DNA of 63,043 bases, filler included, from Reclinomonas americana ATCC 50394 (GCA_048213135.1; 6 parts of 2 records of this genome joined end to end with filler, not necessarily neighbours in it); one strand, 5' to 3'. Positions 38,709 through 53,700 are shown, numbered from the whole stretch's first letter. Numbers and translations: made by a program. Notes: a model not told the origin generated them from the letters alone.

Positions 38709-41700
38709 CGGACTCGCTCTGCAGCCGCCTCTTTGACGTGAGCGAGGGCCTCTTTGCCTTTGTGCTGCTCTCGCGAACCGGTCCGAGTGGCGATCGCGCA
38801 CATGCCATGCAAGAGGCACGCAAGTTGGTGTTGGAGCTGGTGGCGGAGGTGGTGCAGACGGCGCAGACGAATGTGGTGTCGCGATACGGTGCACTGGTCA
38901 AGGTTTGGCGACGGAAGGGGGGTTTTTTCCCCCACTTTCTCTTTTGTTTGACTTCCTCCCCCCTTTCCCCACTCGTTCAGGACAAGTGCCTGGAGATGTA
39001 TCGCTCGGAGACTGCCAATCGTGTCAAGTTGGTGGCGCTGCGCTGTGTCAGTGCCGTGTTCGATATCAAGCCGGCGTTGCCGGCGTCGCAATTGGCCACC
39101 GGTCAGCTCTTTGATAGGTTTGCTTTGTTGGAGCAGCGCGGAGAAAGTGAGTGAGCACGCTGACTGTTCTCGCAGTTTGTTGCGCGATGTGCGCAAGCTT
39201 ACGCAGAGTGGCACGGCGACGAGTTGTGTATCGCCTTCTTCATTGTCTTCGCGTTACTCCGACCCCTCATTTTTTTCCTTTTTGTCGACGCAGTTCGTGG
39301 CTTCATGTTTGAGTTGCTGGGACAGCTGCTAAAGGTACGCGCCTGCACGTACGCACTCATGTGTCTGTTGTTGTGGTGTGACACGCAGCGCCACAGGTGC
39401 ATCCGGAGGTGTTTGCCAAGGATCAGCGGGCCGATCAGTACAAGCGGCTGGCCATGGACGCTTTGCGGCAGCAGGAGAACAAGCGCTCCGAGGAACCGGC
39501 GGTGATTTCTGGCGTCTTTGACGGCCTGGCGTCGGCGCTCAAGGGCTTCCCGGAGGATGTGGTCGAGTCCGACATGCTGGCGCCACTCTTCAAGTTTGTG
39601 CGACAGGCTCTGTCGCTTGGCGAAATGAAGCGGTACGAGGTGGCGCGGTCGGCACTGCGGCTGTTGGCCGCTCACGCGTTTCAGCTCCGTCGGTACCTCA
39701 TGGAGGAGGCCGATCGAGTCTTTCGCCTGCTGGCCGAGCTGTGCAAGCACACCAATGCTGAGCTGCGCCGCGGTGCGTACCCGGCGCTGCAGTCGTTTCT
39801 GGAGGAGATCTCGCGCGAGCTCATGTCCGACGATCGCTCCCAGGTCGACAATGCCCGCGATTTTCAGGTGCGCTCTGTCCTCTGCGCCATCCACCTCGCA
39901 CCCTCACGCCGCCTCACCATTTCTCTTCCCAGCGCATGATTGGCGAGTTCTCACGCATGCTCGATGCGCGCAAAATGAGCCGCTACGAGATTAGTGTGGC
40001 CATTCACGCCTTTGGTCACTTTGCTGGTCCGTTGCGCCAGTTCTGGGGCGCCGACGAGTTGCAGAAAATGCTCCGTCTCCTCTTTCAGTTCACCGATGAG
40101 CTCTTGCGACCTCAGTTGCGATAATCTGTCTCGTTTTCTCTCCCCCTTGCGTCGTGTGATCCCTGACGCGCTGCGATGCGTGCACAGCGAGGAGACATCG
40201 TACGAATACATGGCCGCTCTGCCCAACTTTATCGAGTGCTTTGCCAACATTATGACGGCGGTGGAGCATGTGGGCGAGACGGAACTCGAGAGTCTCACCA
40301 AGCTGATTGGCGTGGTGGTGCGCACGTACCCGTCGCAGAGCGCCAGCCAGCGACACGCCGGACTCGTGTACAAGTCCACTGCTCGCCTCTTTTTGGCACT
40401 AGGCATCCTCGGCCCGCCGCTGCACGACATGTTGTCGCGCATCAGTTGCGTGGCACTCGTTGCAGCAATCTCTTGTTGTGACAGTCAACTCAACGACGAC
40501 TTTACGTCACACAGTGCATCCGGCTCTCTTCCTGTGTGCAATGCCGCAGGGAGCGCCGACGCGCATCGTGGACGCAGATGCGGCGGGTGGCAGTGGCAGT
40601 GGTGGCAGTGGTGGTGGTGGCGGCGGCGGGAGCAGTGGCGCCAGCGCTGGCAGCGAAGCAACGTCCATCTCGCGACGCAAGAGCGCCCACCGATTGTTGC
40701 GTCGTCTGTTGCACTTTGGTGATGTCTGGCACTCACGCAGAGTGCGCAGGTACGTGCGCCTGTGGACCAAGGTTCTCGATCCGTATTACTACACGCCGCA
40801 GACGTGGGGCTACCCGTGGTGTGCCATGAATCTCTCGGACGAGTTTGTGGCCTCGGTGCGAACGGCCGTGTATGATCGACTGATGGAGGACTTGTTCCGC
40901 TTCATGACCGATCTCGACTTGTCGTGCTGCCCGGTGTTGCGTGCCGCGTTGTGGGTTGGATTCTTTCCCTCACTCTCGCTCACTCTTCTCACATGACAGC
41001 AAGGCGGCCGAGGAGAGCGGTGGCGTCGGTGCGCCATCTCCAGTCACTATTGATGGTTGCGTGCACAGCTCCTTCCTTTCTCCAGCTTCATCTCTCCTCT
41101 CAGTTTTCTTCCTCTTCCTTCTTCCGTAGCCTCGATCGCGCGCACCGGCGGCACACTGGATGTGGAGTACGGCTTGGAAATTGACTCGCGGGTCACAGAG
41201 GAGGAAAAGGTTCCTCAACCGTACTTTGACTTTTCGTTACTTGCAGTGCGGTGCTGATGCTTGTGCCTTTGTGTGGCAGCTGCGGTTGATGCACGGCAAC
41301 GATCTGGAGGACGACTTTATGCCCAAGGATCCGCGCCAGTACATCATGTTCCTCAACTTGGTCGAGTTCACCGAGCGCATTCTGCGCAAGGTACTTTGTT
41401 GTGTCGAGTGTGACCGACGAGGTACGCTGCATGCTGATCGCGCCTGTTCAACACCGCAGTGTTACCCCGAGCGCTTCGAGCACTGGTTGTACACGGCGTG
41501 CCAGACCTTCATCAGCCAGTTCCACGCCTTCCCGTACGTCAGCGGCTTTTACAAGTTGCTGGCCGTGTCGATGATGTGCGCCGAGCGCCTCAAGTATTTC
41601 GCCGAGAGCGATGAAGAGAGAGTGCGTGCGTTCGACAGCCGCCAAAGAGACCGCGCCTACGCATGACTGAGCATGAACCGCACGCACAAGCAGGAGGCGA

Positions 41701-44700
41701 TGAGTGTCGACCAGGAGGCAGCGTCGGCGGCGGTGGTGGCGTCGCCGAGTCAGGAGACACGAATGTTGTGCAAGAATCTGATTGTCAACTTTGCCGACGA
41801 CGCCATGGTGCAGATCCCCGAGTACAAGGGCGACCTGCTGGCCTCCTGCGTCTCGTTCCTCCTCGCTGTGCCCATTGAGGTCAGGTCGGACAAGGATAGC
41901 ATCACAGCTCGTTATTGTTCCCTCAACTGTGGGTCGTTTCCGCACAGATCATGGCCACTCGACGACTGGTGTTCCCGCTGCGGCACGCATTCCACTTGGG
42001 ACTGAGGTACCACGATGCTTGCCGTTCTATAGTATCCCTCTCCCATTGATTCATCTCATCGTCTCCCACGCTCAGTTATCCACCGCTCGCCCAAATGGGT
42101 CTCGACGCGCTGGAAAAGTGGCTGCGATCGGCACCGGCCGATGCCGACGTGCTGATCTCGCAGGTGCTGCCGTCGCTAAGCGATTACCTGGTGACCGCCA
42201 TTGAGGACGACGAGGACCTGGAGACACCGGGCCCACCCTCCGCACCCACCAGGAGCGTGACATCCAAGAGACGCAAGTCGCAGCGTTCGGCTCCACGTCA
42301 GTTCAACGAAAAGGACTCGGTTACATATCCCTTTTTTCATTGTCAGCCGTCCCCCACTGCCCCGTGCTGACCCGTTGCCGCAGATCACGTTTGCCAGCAC
42401 GCAACGACGAGTGGTGCACTTGCTTGGCCGATTGGGTGGCGACAATCGAGCGCTGTTGCGGCACACGGATGAGGCCGACCGAGATGCCGTGTCGGCGTGG
42501 GACACCGAGGCGCGTGTCAAGTGCCGACTGCGCTTCCAGGACTTGAACTTGGATGTGGTCTTTGGTGAGGGCGCTTGTTGTCGGTGTGCCGGCATTTATT
42601 TGCTCACTGTGCGTGTGTCACACACGCAGATTCGCTTCTGCCGCGTGTGGTGGAGCTCGCCGAGACGGCCTCGGATCGGCGAACCAAGGTGTCGGCCGCT
42701 GAGTTTCTGCACTCGATTGTGCTCTTCATGGTCGGCACCAATTCGACCGCCGCCGTTCGCAACGACCGCGCGTTGCGTAGTATCGCTGCTGGTCACGACC
42801 GCTCTCACTCCCCCGTCCCTCAGTCAATCTGTGCACAGCATCCAACTGCAATCGCATCTGTCGGCCATTCGCGAGTCGAATCCACAATCGGTGACGCGGC
42901 TCACGCTCGGCGCGCCACTGTCGGCGGCGATGGACTTGGACGACGAGGCGCTGGACCACAGCCTACAGCTGCTGGCCTCATCGTTGGGCGACATGGAGCC
43001 GCCGAGCGACGACAGTTCCGACCTGCAAGGCTCTCAATCGTCGCGCTCTTCGCGCAAATCGCGCACCGCCGCCGGCACCACAACCGGCGCGTCGACAGCT
43101 GCCACATCGATCAGCGGTCGTGGTCGGAAACGGCGTATCGACGAGGTCAGTGTCGGCAGTGCCAGCGGCAGTGGAGGCAGCGGCAGTGGCAGCGCAGCAG
43201 GTCGCCGCGACGACACGCACGAGCGACAGCTGCAAGCGTTGCTGGATGAGCCGGTGCGCGTCAAAAATGTCGCCCGCCCTCTCTCTTGGTGATTCGACTG
43301 ACTGTGAGAACCCAGACCCCGCTGTACACGCTCTACGCGCACATCTTCCCGGCGCTCTTCCGCCTCGCCGTCGATCCGGAGGAGGTCACGCGGCAGCTCT
43401 TTGACCCGCTCGTGCAGCAGCTGATTCACTGGTTCACCCGCAACATGTTGTACGAGAACAAGGAAACAATGGCGCTGCTCGATGCGGCGCTAGAAGGCCT
43501 CTGCGCACCCAACAATGGTGCGCTGCGCGACTACGCGGCGCGCTCTGTCAACGAGTTCCTGCACTGGTCACTCAAGTTCATCAAGGAGAACCAATTTGGC
43601 AACGTGCGATCCGTCTTCAACCGATTGCACGGTTTCATGCACCACCCGTCGCCGATGCGCCGTCTCGGTGCCTGCCTCGCCCTCAACAAGATGTACAAGG
43701 CGAGTGCAGTGCGTTTCTCTGCGTTTCCGCTTCTGTACTGAACTGTAGGGTGCGCGCAGGTATTTTTGGGCGAACGGAACCGTCGCATTGCGGCGCTGTG
43801 GGCGCTCGACATTTTTCACGACGCCATGGTGTGCCTGGAGCTGGCCGAACGTGACAATGCTGCTCTCGGTGAGTGGGTGCATTGCATGGGAGGGTCGGGT
43901 TTAGCAAACTCCCGCGCGATTGATCGCCCCCGTAGCTGAGTGGTAAAGCATTGGTCTTATGAGCCAAAGATCGCGGGTTCGACCCCCGCCGGGAGCACTT
44001 ACTTTTTTTATTTTTTTATTTTTAGGAACGGCCAAGCAGGCCAAGTTGTTGCTGCAGCACATGGGCCGCGTGCTCGAGGACCAGGCGGCGGTGCTGATGC
44101 GCGACGACGTGAAATTCGGTTTCCATCCCAATCTCGAACACGCCGCGCGATGGATGTTCGAGGTCCGCCCCCTGTTGTATTTTTGTGTGTGGGCGGCACT
44201 TAACGCTGGTGCTATGCTCAGCAAATTGGGCGCAACGAATCCGGCCTGCGCAAGGCGTGCATGTCGCTGTTCAAGCCGATTTGCACAAAAGTCACCAAGC
44301 ACGGTGAGTGACGAAGAAATTCACTCATCGCTCACAAAAAAATCTTAGCACTCATGGTCGTGGTGCAGGGCAAGTGGAGCGCGGCAGCGATGTTCCCGAC
44401 ACTGGCGTGCGCACGTGGATCAAAGCGCAGTTTGGCAAGGACGTGTTCAAGTGGTGCGAGCGGGAACTGGAGCAATTTGCTGGCTCATGGTACGTTTATC
44501 AATTTGCATTACCTGTGCCTATCTTTCTCCTCACTCTCGCTGCTCGACAGCACACCGGCGTCTGTCGACATTGGGCTGTATTCGTTGAGCCTGCAGAGTG
44601 CCATGGACGCGCACCTGTGGCTCTTTTTCAACAAATGGGCGTTCCCACACGAGGTGAGGCGGACAGCTTCAGTGCAGAGCTGTAACTGTGCGCTCACTCT

Positions 44701-47700
44701 GGTTCGCAGACTCTTGTGGGCGGCAGCGTGCTGTTGGATCACGTCGGCAACTTTGTGGAGGCCTTCTCCGTGCTCTCGGCCGACCTGTTTGGCGAAGCCG
44801 GTCCGCTCACCGCGGCGCAGCGGCGCGCTCAACAATGCCGCTGGTGATTGTTTTGTGCTCTCACTCGTGTTTGTGTGTTGTGTCTCTGCTGTCCGTAATC
44901 TTTGCTCTCGCCATGCAGTGCAACCATCATCAAGTGCGTCCAGTTTGTGACGTTCCTGCTCGATCACCACCGCTCGTCCATTGTGCGTCACGCGGTGCTC
45001 GGCACCGACTTTTTCCGGTGCGTCCTTGTATTTCGTCGCGCACGCACTTTTCCCATTCTCCTGAGCGCACCCTTGTGTGTCGTCGCAGGATGGTGGTCCG
45101 CGCTGTGCTTGATCCGACAAGTCTCGGCTTCCAGGTCGACGACACCACCAGCCTTCGACGTCTGCGTGCGTCTTGTACCGAATGGTGCCGGCTGGTGGTC
45201 AATCTGCCGGCAGAGGTCGCGGCTGTGCGCGATGATTTTCTCGATCTGCTGCGCTTGATGTTGGCGCTGCCCGAGTACGCGTTGCACACGCAGCGCCTGT
45301 TTGGACAAGGTATTTTGTCGCAGGGAGAAACATTATTGGAGCACGCCCTCACATGTTGTCGCAGAGATGCACTTGGCGCACGTGAGCAACGTCGCCAATG
45401 GCCACCTGCTGCTGCAGCAGACATTGGGGACGGCGATGCTGTTGTGCCTGCCGATTGCGGCCGACGAGGTGTGCCAGCGCGTCTCGAAACAACTGCTGGG
45501 CTGTGGGGTGAGTTGCCACAGAAACCGAGAGGGAAGCGATTCATCTTCACGCTCATCCTCCCTTGCGTTTTCCACAGATTCTGCCGCCCGAGCAGCGGCA
45601 GCTGGGTTCCGATCTGCTGGAGTTTGTGCTGGCCATTCACAACGACGACGCACTGCTATTTTACTGGCTGATGGACGACACACCGGAGAAATTGCGCGGT
45701 GTGCGACGCAGACGTCGCGACAGTTTCGGCAGTGGAGGTCAAGTGGTGCGGCAGCCCAGCTTGGACGGCGACGAAGAGCAGGTGGTGCTGCCTGAGCTGC
45801 CCCGTGGCGAGGTGTTTTACTTGAATTTCAAGCGCAAGGTGAGCGCGCCTTCGAGGTATTGTGCTGTGCTAGCCAAGCAACTGAAAAATGACGCAGATTC
45901 TCGAGCGCGTTGGTGGCAATCTGTCGCTGCTGCCGCAACTGTTCCGCAACTGCCTGCAGAAGCCGTTCCTGTTCCGCCTGTTGAAGCATTTGTCGGAGCA
46001 TCTGCGATCGCGACAGTCGTCGGCGCTGGTCGAATACGTGCAGCAGGTCCGCGAGTCGCTGCCGCGCCAACTCGACGACATCTATCGCATGCCACGCGAT
46101 ATGAGCCGCATGACACTCCAGCGCTCCATCCTGTCGTACCTCGAGAGCCTCTACCTCATCTCCTCCAGTGCACTGGGCGACGCGACGTGGATCAACCTCG
46201 GCTCCCTCGTGCGATTGTTGCGTTGCTCAGCAGCAGTCTTGGGAGACTCACCACACTGATTTGCATTCTGTGATGCTCCACGCAGCTACTGCTGCTGCCT
46301 GGAGCGAGTCGCTGAAGACCGCAGCGTGGAGATCCCGCTGCGCCTGAAGGCTCTCGGCCAGCTGCATCACCTATTGTCTCTCGAGCAGGAGGCACAAATG
46401 GATCCGTCGCTTTCGGGTCTCCTGTTGACGCTGAGGTTTGTGTGCATAGATGTCTTTGTGCGTGTGTGGCCACCTGCCCATCGCCGCACTCCACACGCAG
46501 ACCACTGGTGGAGGCCATTCGCAGCATTGTCAATGACGAATTCCCCTCGAGTTCGCACGAACTCGACGAGGGCTCCACCGGCTACAAGGAGTACATTCTT
46601 GTGCTCGACACCATCATGTCGCTTCTCGTGCGCAGCTCTTCTGCCTCGCTTCTCGACGTGGTGCTGCCGGTGTTGCGCGAATCCAATCATCGCCACGCGC
46701 ACGAGATCAATGAGGTGCCGTTGTGGATGCATGGCTGAAGCATGCGGGTTGCTGACGGGGAGTTGTCCACAGAAACTGGTGTCGTTTTTCTCGGAGATGC
46801 CACGTGCGCGCGTGCCCTACGTGGCCAACTACTGCTTCAGCAAGTTCTGGATGCAGTCGTACCCGGCCGAGTTGCGGCTTGCCGTCACCGAACGCCTCTT
46901 GTCGGCCTCGGTGTCCAACTTGAGCAAGGAGGTGCGTCGCAAGCGGACTCACTGCTGCCTGCTCGTCGTCACCCATCTCACGATTTTATTGCGCAGCAAG
47001 GAAAGCTGTTCTTTGCTGAGCGCATTCTCGAGTTGATGCAGCGGTACCAGGATCTGACGGCGGTGGGCGCACGACCGCCGCTGCGAGTGGAGTATTTGGA
47101 AGAGGTCTCGTTTTGCATTCAGCGTTCGTGTGATGTTTTGGCAGCTGACGAGCAGTGTGTGACCAGTTGCAATCGCACTACGTCAGCAAGATTGGCATTC
47201 TGCAGCTGCTCGAGGCGCTGTATACGACTGTCGACCACGAAGACATCAAATCGACCGTCAACAAGGCCTACATGCGCGACAACCCAGCGGCCAAGGGCAC
47301 CGAGCTCACCGGTGCCGTTGCGTTTATTGTTCCCTTCTTCTTCCATTGTGTGTGTACGCACCGGTCGCTAACCCACGCCGCAGATCATGAAAAAGATGCT
47401 GGAGACGCTGGGCGAACGAGTTCCCTTTGCCGAGGTGGAACTGGTCGGCCACGTGCTCGAGCACAAGGTGTGTTCCATCATCCGCTGTCGGCTTTAATGT
47501 GTCGGCGACTCTGACTGCGCAGTGGCACAGTTCAAGTGCGCCGCCTACAACGCCCTCGCTGCGTGCATCTGCACACAAACAAAGCCGCAGCTGTACGAGG
47601 CCACCGTCCTCAAACCCGATCACTTTGACGAGATTGTGGATCCGCAGGAGGCGTACCACTTTGAGGTGCGGCGTGCTCACCACGTGTGTACGAGTGCGTC

Positions 47701-50700
47701 TGCTGACAATGTGTCTGTTAGGCCGAAACGGACTTTGCGTACACGCGCAAGTCGGTGGCCTCGCTGAAGGAACGACTGCCGGACGACCTGCGCGACACGC
47801 GCGAGTACTTGTCGTTTGAGTACTTCAAGGGCACCATGACGCAGGATGCGAACGCGTTCTTCGCCCACTCGTCTCTTTCCGTCGACCCCGAAGGCTCGCT
47901 GAAGGGCATGTTTGTGGTCAACAAGATGGCGCACGCCACCGTGTTTCGTTTCCTTCCCCTCGCCTACGTGTGCATGAACGGGCTTGGGTACTGATTCATG
48001 TCACGCAGTACCGAGTCTGGCGACACGCAAGTGATTGAGGGCTTTGAGGAGAAGCTCGAAATGGACCCCGTCAACCTCAATCCGTCAATGTTCTCGGTGC
48101 TGCGCAGTATCGACCGCATGGCGGTCATTACCAAGGATGAGCCTCGGTGCGGCCCACTGTCGACCTGTGTGGTTGTGTGTGAGTGCCATGCTATAGCCCT
48201 CACGGATTGCATGCATGTCTGTGCAGTACCGACGTGCTGCCAAAGTGGCAAGCTGGTCTCTTCCAGAAGATGCGCGACGAGGAGACGCACCAGAATGTCA
48301 AGCTATTTATCGCAAAGGTGTGTCGGTGTGGGTATCCATCCACTGCTGACCACTGCTGACGACGTGCTGCAGCTGATTCTCTTGCGGTCGGCCGTATTTG
48401 CGCCGTATGCTGGCGACTGGATGGGCCCGCTCGCCGCAGTCGCCACCTCGGATGCGTTTGGCACGGTGCGCATCGCTTGCCTTTTGTGCGGTCGGCACGC
48501 ACATGTCCCAGCTCACTCTGTGTACTCGCACAGGGCCTGCACTACTTCAAACGCGATGTCGCTCTCCAGTTGCTGGAGTGGAGTGCCGATGTTCCGCGCA
48601 ATTCGACAACGGCGCGCCTCCTGAGTGCCTTTGTGCAAAACCTCATGCGCAACTGCGTGCATCTGCGTTACCAGGTGCTCATCGCCAACATCAACATTAT
48701 TCGGTTCATGGTGGAGCGCTGGTCCGAAGTGCTGTCTGTCAACACGGCGGTGTGTGCATATGTGTGCATGGCGACGTGGCGGAAGCATGATGTACTCACA
48801 CAGTCACACGCGACGACAGTTGCTCTCGACCTTGCTTCAACCAGACGCCGCCATGCCAGCAGCCGACGAGCGGCAAACGCGTGTCACTGGTCTCCACTTG
48901 CTGGCGGTATGTGTGTATCGCATGTGGCCATTTGTGTCTGTCAACCCCTTCATCCACCTTGATGCAGATCTACCTGGCCAACGACATTCCGGTGTTTGAT
49001 GTGCTCGCCGACTCACCGCACGCCTTTCAAGTGTTCCTCGATGTGGTTTCGTGGCGCCAGAATGTTCCATGTCGCTTATTTGTCGTTTGCCGCTGACCGT
49101 CGACTCCACAGGTGGCACGCAATGTGGCGCACCTGCAAAAGCGCGTGTACGAGCCGGCGGCTGAGGTGTGCGGTCTGCTGATTGAGCATTTGCACAAGCT
49201 GGCGGGTGTGTGGACCACAATGTGTTGTTCCCAATTGATTGCCACACACCCACACCCTCGATGCACTGTGCTGCAGCATTCGACATGGCGACGCACTTGT
49301 CGCAGCGCGTGACTGCATTCGTACGGGAGGCGTATCAGAAGAGCGATTACTCGCGCTTCCTCAACCAGCTCAACAAGATCAGTCTGCACTCGCCGCGCAT
49401 GCTGGAGGCATTTGTGACGCAAGTGCAAGACACGGTGCCGAAGTTGCACGGCAGCTACCGGTGCATCACGCTGATCGTCATCATCGTTCTTCCCACAGTT
49501 TTGTTGTTGCTCACTCGGTGTTGCGCACAGAGGCATTGCGCTGGCGATTTTGTCTCGTCGCGCCGACCAGATTCCCAACATGTACCTGTATCTGCAGCCC
49601 AATCTGGAGCGCTTCCTCGTGCTGCACGATCCCGACACGCAACAATCGGTGCTGCGCGTACTCCTCGCGTTGTTGCGGGTGAGTGCGGGCGTGGAGAAGA
49701 GTGAGTGATACAGAAAAGCTCACTCGCGATGCAGGTGGCCACACTCGACGACCTTACGCACATGTTGCGTGTGCTCGATCGGTGCACGGCCGACCGGGAT
49801 GTGTTCCTGTTGCGTTTCATTTGTGCTTGCTTGTGAAGGTGCAGTATTGACTGTTGCTTGCGAATACCAGTGTCCAATTCGACGAGCCCACACGCCTGCT
49901 CTTGTGCGATGTGTTCATCTGGCTGCATGACAATCGACGTGACTTGCCTCCCGATCTGCGTCAGACGGTGCACAATAATCTGTTGCGTGCCACTCCTCTG
50001 CTCTCCGCCGCCCAAGTCCTTTCATCGTTCATTCTTACAATCGTGCATGGTTAGTTTGCGTGCATTGGCCGACGACGGCTCCGAGAAAGTGCGCGATCGC
50101 GCATTTGCGTTCTGGGACAACCCCGAGCGCCTGTCACCGGCCATCAACGAGAGGACACAGCAGGTGTTTGAGAAGTTGTACTCGTCCGACTCGTCCCCGG
50201 TGTGGCTGCGCATGTCGGCAGCATTGCTGCTGTCGCTGCCGAGAACGGCGCCCGACTACACCGAGAAGACCGTCTTCAACAAGGGTGCGGTGACGGCGAA
50301 GAACCCTTGGATCGATTTTTGAGCTTGCAGTCGCTGACTCTGTTGTTGGGGATGCCACAGAGCCACTGTTCCAGTGCGAGTTCCGCGAGTACAACATTAG
50401 CATTTCCGACGAGACGCGCACGTCGACTCTGCGCCCGCTATTTGGCGGCGGCAGCTTTGTGGGTGTCGACGCACATGCGGTGTGTGATGCACACATGGTT
50501 AGATGTCAGGAGCACAGGCTCATTGCTCTCTCGCACAGGGTGGTGGTGCATCGCAGAATCTTGGCGATATTGGCATGCTTCTGGCCACTCCACAGTCGGT
50601 GCGGCTGTCAGTACATGTGTGCATTGACATAGCACGCAGTACTCACTGTTCATGCTGAGTGCAGGCGACTCAAGGTGGCACCAATTCGTATGGCATGTCG

Positions 50701-53700
50701 TTCTCCATGACCAGTCTGCTGATCGAGCCAAACAAGCGAGGTGTGAACGACACGCAGAGAGTGCTTGCTGTCGACTTGTCAATCAATTTTGCGCCCCTCG
50801 CAGTGTCGCCATTTGCCCGATCAGCGGCGGCCGCTGAAGCGAGCCGTGCTGCTGGCGCCTCTCCGTCCATGGGTCCTCCGGGAGCTGCGTCGTCGTCGGC
50901 ACTCAATGCCACTCTGCCGGAGGGCTTTGCACGGCAGCAGCGCTCAGNNNNNNNNNNNNNNNNNNNNNNNNNNNNNNNNNNNNNNNNNNNNNNNNNNNNN
51001 NNNNNNNNNNNNNNNNNNNNNNNNNNNNNNNNNNNNNNNNNNNNNNNNNNNNNNNNNNNNNNNNNNNNNNNNNNNNNNNNNNNNNNNNNNNNNNNNNNNN
51101 NNNNNNNNNNNNNNNNNNNNNNNNNNNNNNNNNNNNNNNNNNNNNNNNNNNNNNNNNNNNNNNNNNNNNNNNNNNNNNNNNNNNNNNNNNNNNNNNNNNN
51201 NNNNNNNNNNNNNNNNNNNNNNNNNNNNNNNNNNNNNNNNNNNNNNNNNNNNNNNNNNNNNNNNNNNNNNNNNNNNNNNNNNNNNNNNNNNNNNNNNNNN
51301 NNNNNNNNNNNNNNNNNNNNNNNNNNNNNNNNNNNNNNNNNNNNNNNNNNNNNNNNNNNNNNNNNNNNNNNNNNNNNNNNNNNNNNNNNNNNNNNNNNNN
51401 NNNNNNNNNNNNNNNNNNNNNNNNNNNNNNNNNNNNNNNNNNNNNNNNNNAGGCAGAACTGGGATGGGGAGGCATTGTGCATCTCTCACTCGATACGTTG
51501 TGTTGCAGGTGGCGGTGGTGCGTCAGTATCGCTCCGGCGAGTTGCCCGACATTCAGATTTCGATGCGCGATCTCGTCGAGCCACTGCTGGTGCTGGTGAT
51601 GCGGTGAGTTGGTCGTCGCGCGTCATCGGAAGTCTTGCGGGACTCGCATTCACTCACCATGTGTATGTTACAGCGACACATCGGTGGCCCGCTTCCTGTT
51701 GACGATGATGTTCCAGAAGGTGGTGGACGTGGTGCGCGGCAGCAATCGACTGGGCGTCGAGCGCTATTACGAGCTCGTGTCGGCGGTGCAGAGCGTCATC
51801 TCCTCCAAGATGCTGACCTCGGGCGAGGTACGAAGGCCTCCCAATCTCGTTCATCTTTTTGTCACTCACCTGTCCCCGTTTGTGCGCAGCTCAATGCACA
51901 GCTGGTGGCCTTTGTGCACTCGCTGTGCCTGGCTGTGGAGGAACTGGAAGTCGATCCAGTCAAGGTCGCCGACTCGTCGACGAGGACGACCAACTTTCAC
52001 CTTGGTTTGTGATAGAGGGGGAGAGCATTCCTCCACTCTGTTGGACCATCCTCATCCATCTTCTCCTCTCCCATCCTCTCACGCACCACAGGCGTGCTTC
52101 TTCTCGAGAATCGGTACGCCCGTGGCTTGGAGGAGTTGGAACGTGTTCGATCTGCCCCACCGCCCAAGAAGCGCGCTCGTGGCAGCGACCCGACGTTGCG
52201 TCACGTGTGTGTGTTTGAACACGAGCGAGAAAAACTCACCACTCCACAGTCGTCGTGCACTGGCACAAGCGCCTTCGCTCGGATCGATGCTGTCCGAGTC
52301 ACCGACTCTCGCATCCTCCGGCACACTGACGGAGGAGGACCTGCAGCGCAGCAAGCTGATCGCCGATGCGGCCGAGCACTTGGATGAGGCTGTGCTGTGG
52401 CGCAAGGTTATGAGGCATTCTCTCGTACAGGCACTGCTGCGTATCGCTTACCGTGTGTTTTGGCAGCTGTCTGAACTGTACAACCACCTTGGCAATGAGG
52501 ATGTTGTCACTCACATTTACAAGAGTCACGTGGCCGCCGAGTCACAGGAGGCTCAGGTGGCCCTCGACTTTTTCTTTGCCAGTGAGTACAACGAGTCGCG
52601 GGAGCAGTTTGCAGCGTTGCGTGGCCAGTGTGGTGCGTGTTACGAATGCATGATGCTGACAAGAGAGGGGTTGGAAACAGAGCACTGGAGAGGGAGGATC
52701 CTGCCTCGCCCAATGCGGCCATTTGGAAATCGTTGCGTGCAGGACGTGCCGCCGGTGGCTTATCGCTCGTGATCCACTCACATACCCCTATCGTGCGGCA
52801 GCATGTGGAGATCGTGCTGTGCGAGGCTGGGCGACTGGGACCAGATTGCCGACGACTGGGTGGCAGCGTCATCCGGTGGCCAGCAACTGCGGCAACTGTT
52901 TGATGACAGCGCCCCCATCCCGCTGGCCGAAGCGGTGCAGTCGATTGTGCGCGCCGAGGGACACGACGATGTGATGCAACGGTGCGCACGACGGAACAAA
53001 TTGCATGTTGTTGCAGCGCTCTGACTCTGTGCATGGGGCAGGTTGCTGGACTTAGCCAATCGCGATCCGCAGTGCCGACAGAAACTCGAGGATGTCAGCA
53101 GTCGCGATCTTGCCCTGTTTATCATCAAGCAAGGCAGTCGCGAACAGCAGGCGATTGAATATGTTCGCAAGTTGCGTCACCAACGAATGCGTTTTGTTTT
53201 GCGCACTCCATCCACTCAATTGCTAATGTTGCGGTGGTTGGCAGATTTGAGCAGGGCTTCTTGGAGGACTGGACTCTGCTGCCGACGCTGAATGAGCGTG
53301 GCCGCATTTCGCTGCTGCAATCGGTGCAAGAGGCGGTGGAAGTCGATGAGTACTTGTCGTTGTTCCGCGTGCACGAGATCACAAAGCCGGCAGAACGCGC
53401 GTCGTTGGTTCGCCGTCTGCTTGCACGATGGCACAATCGCTTCCCCTCTCGCTCCCTTGACTCCACATCGGTGTGGGCCTCGGTGCTGTCGACGCGTGTC
53501 CTGTTGCTCGAGCGCCTCTCGGCCAAGATCGAGACATTTGTTGGCGACGCCGAGGGCGCTGCCGCCGCAAATCTGGACGACAGCGGCGTCGTGGCAGATG
53601 GCGAGGAGCCCGTCGATCTGGTCGGCGACCTGCAAGATTTGTGCGAGGCGGAAATTGTACATGCGCGGCTGGAGACGGCCGACGCTGCGCTGCAGCAAGG

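Noticed and set aside
43700-43758. AAG|GCGAGT as a GC donor in DNA-PKcs
   Set aside because: An in-frame GTGCGT donor lies 9 nt downstream, so this cannot be decided without cDNA.
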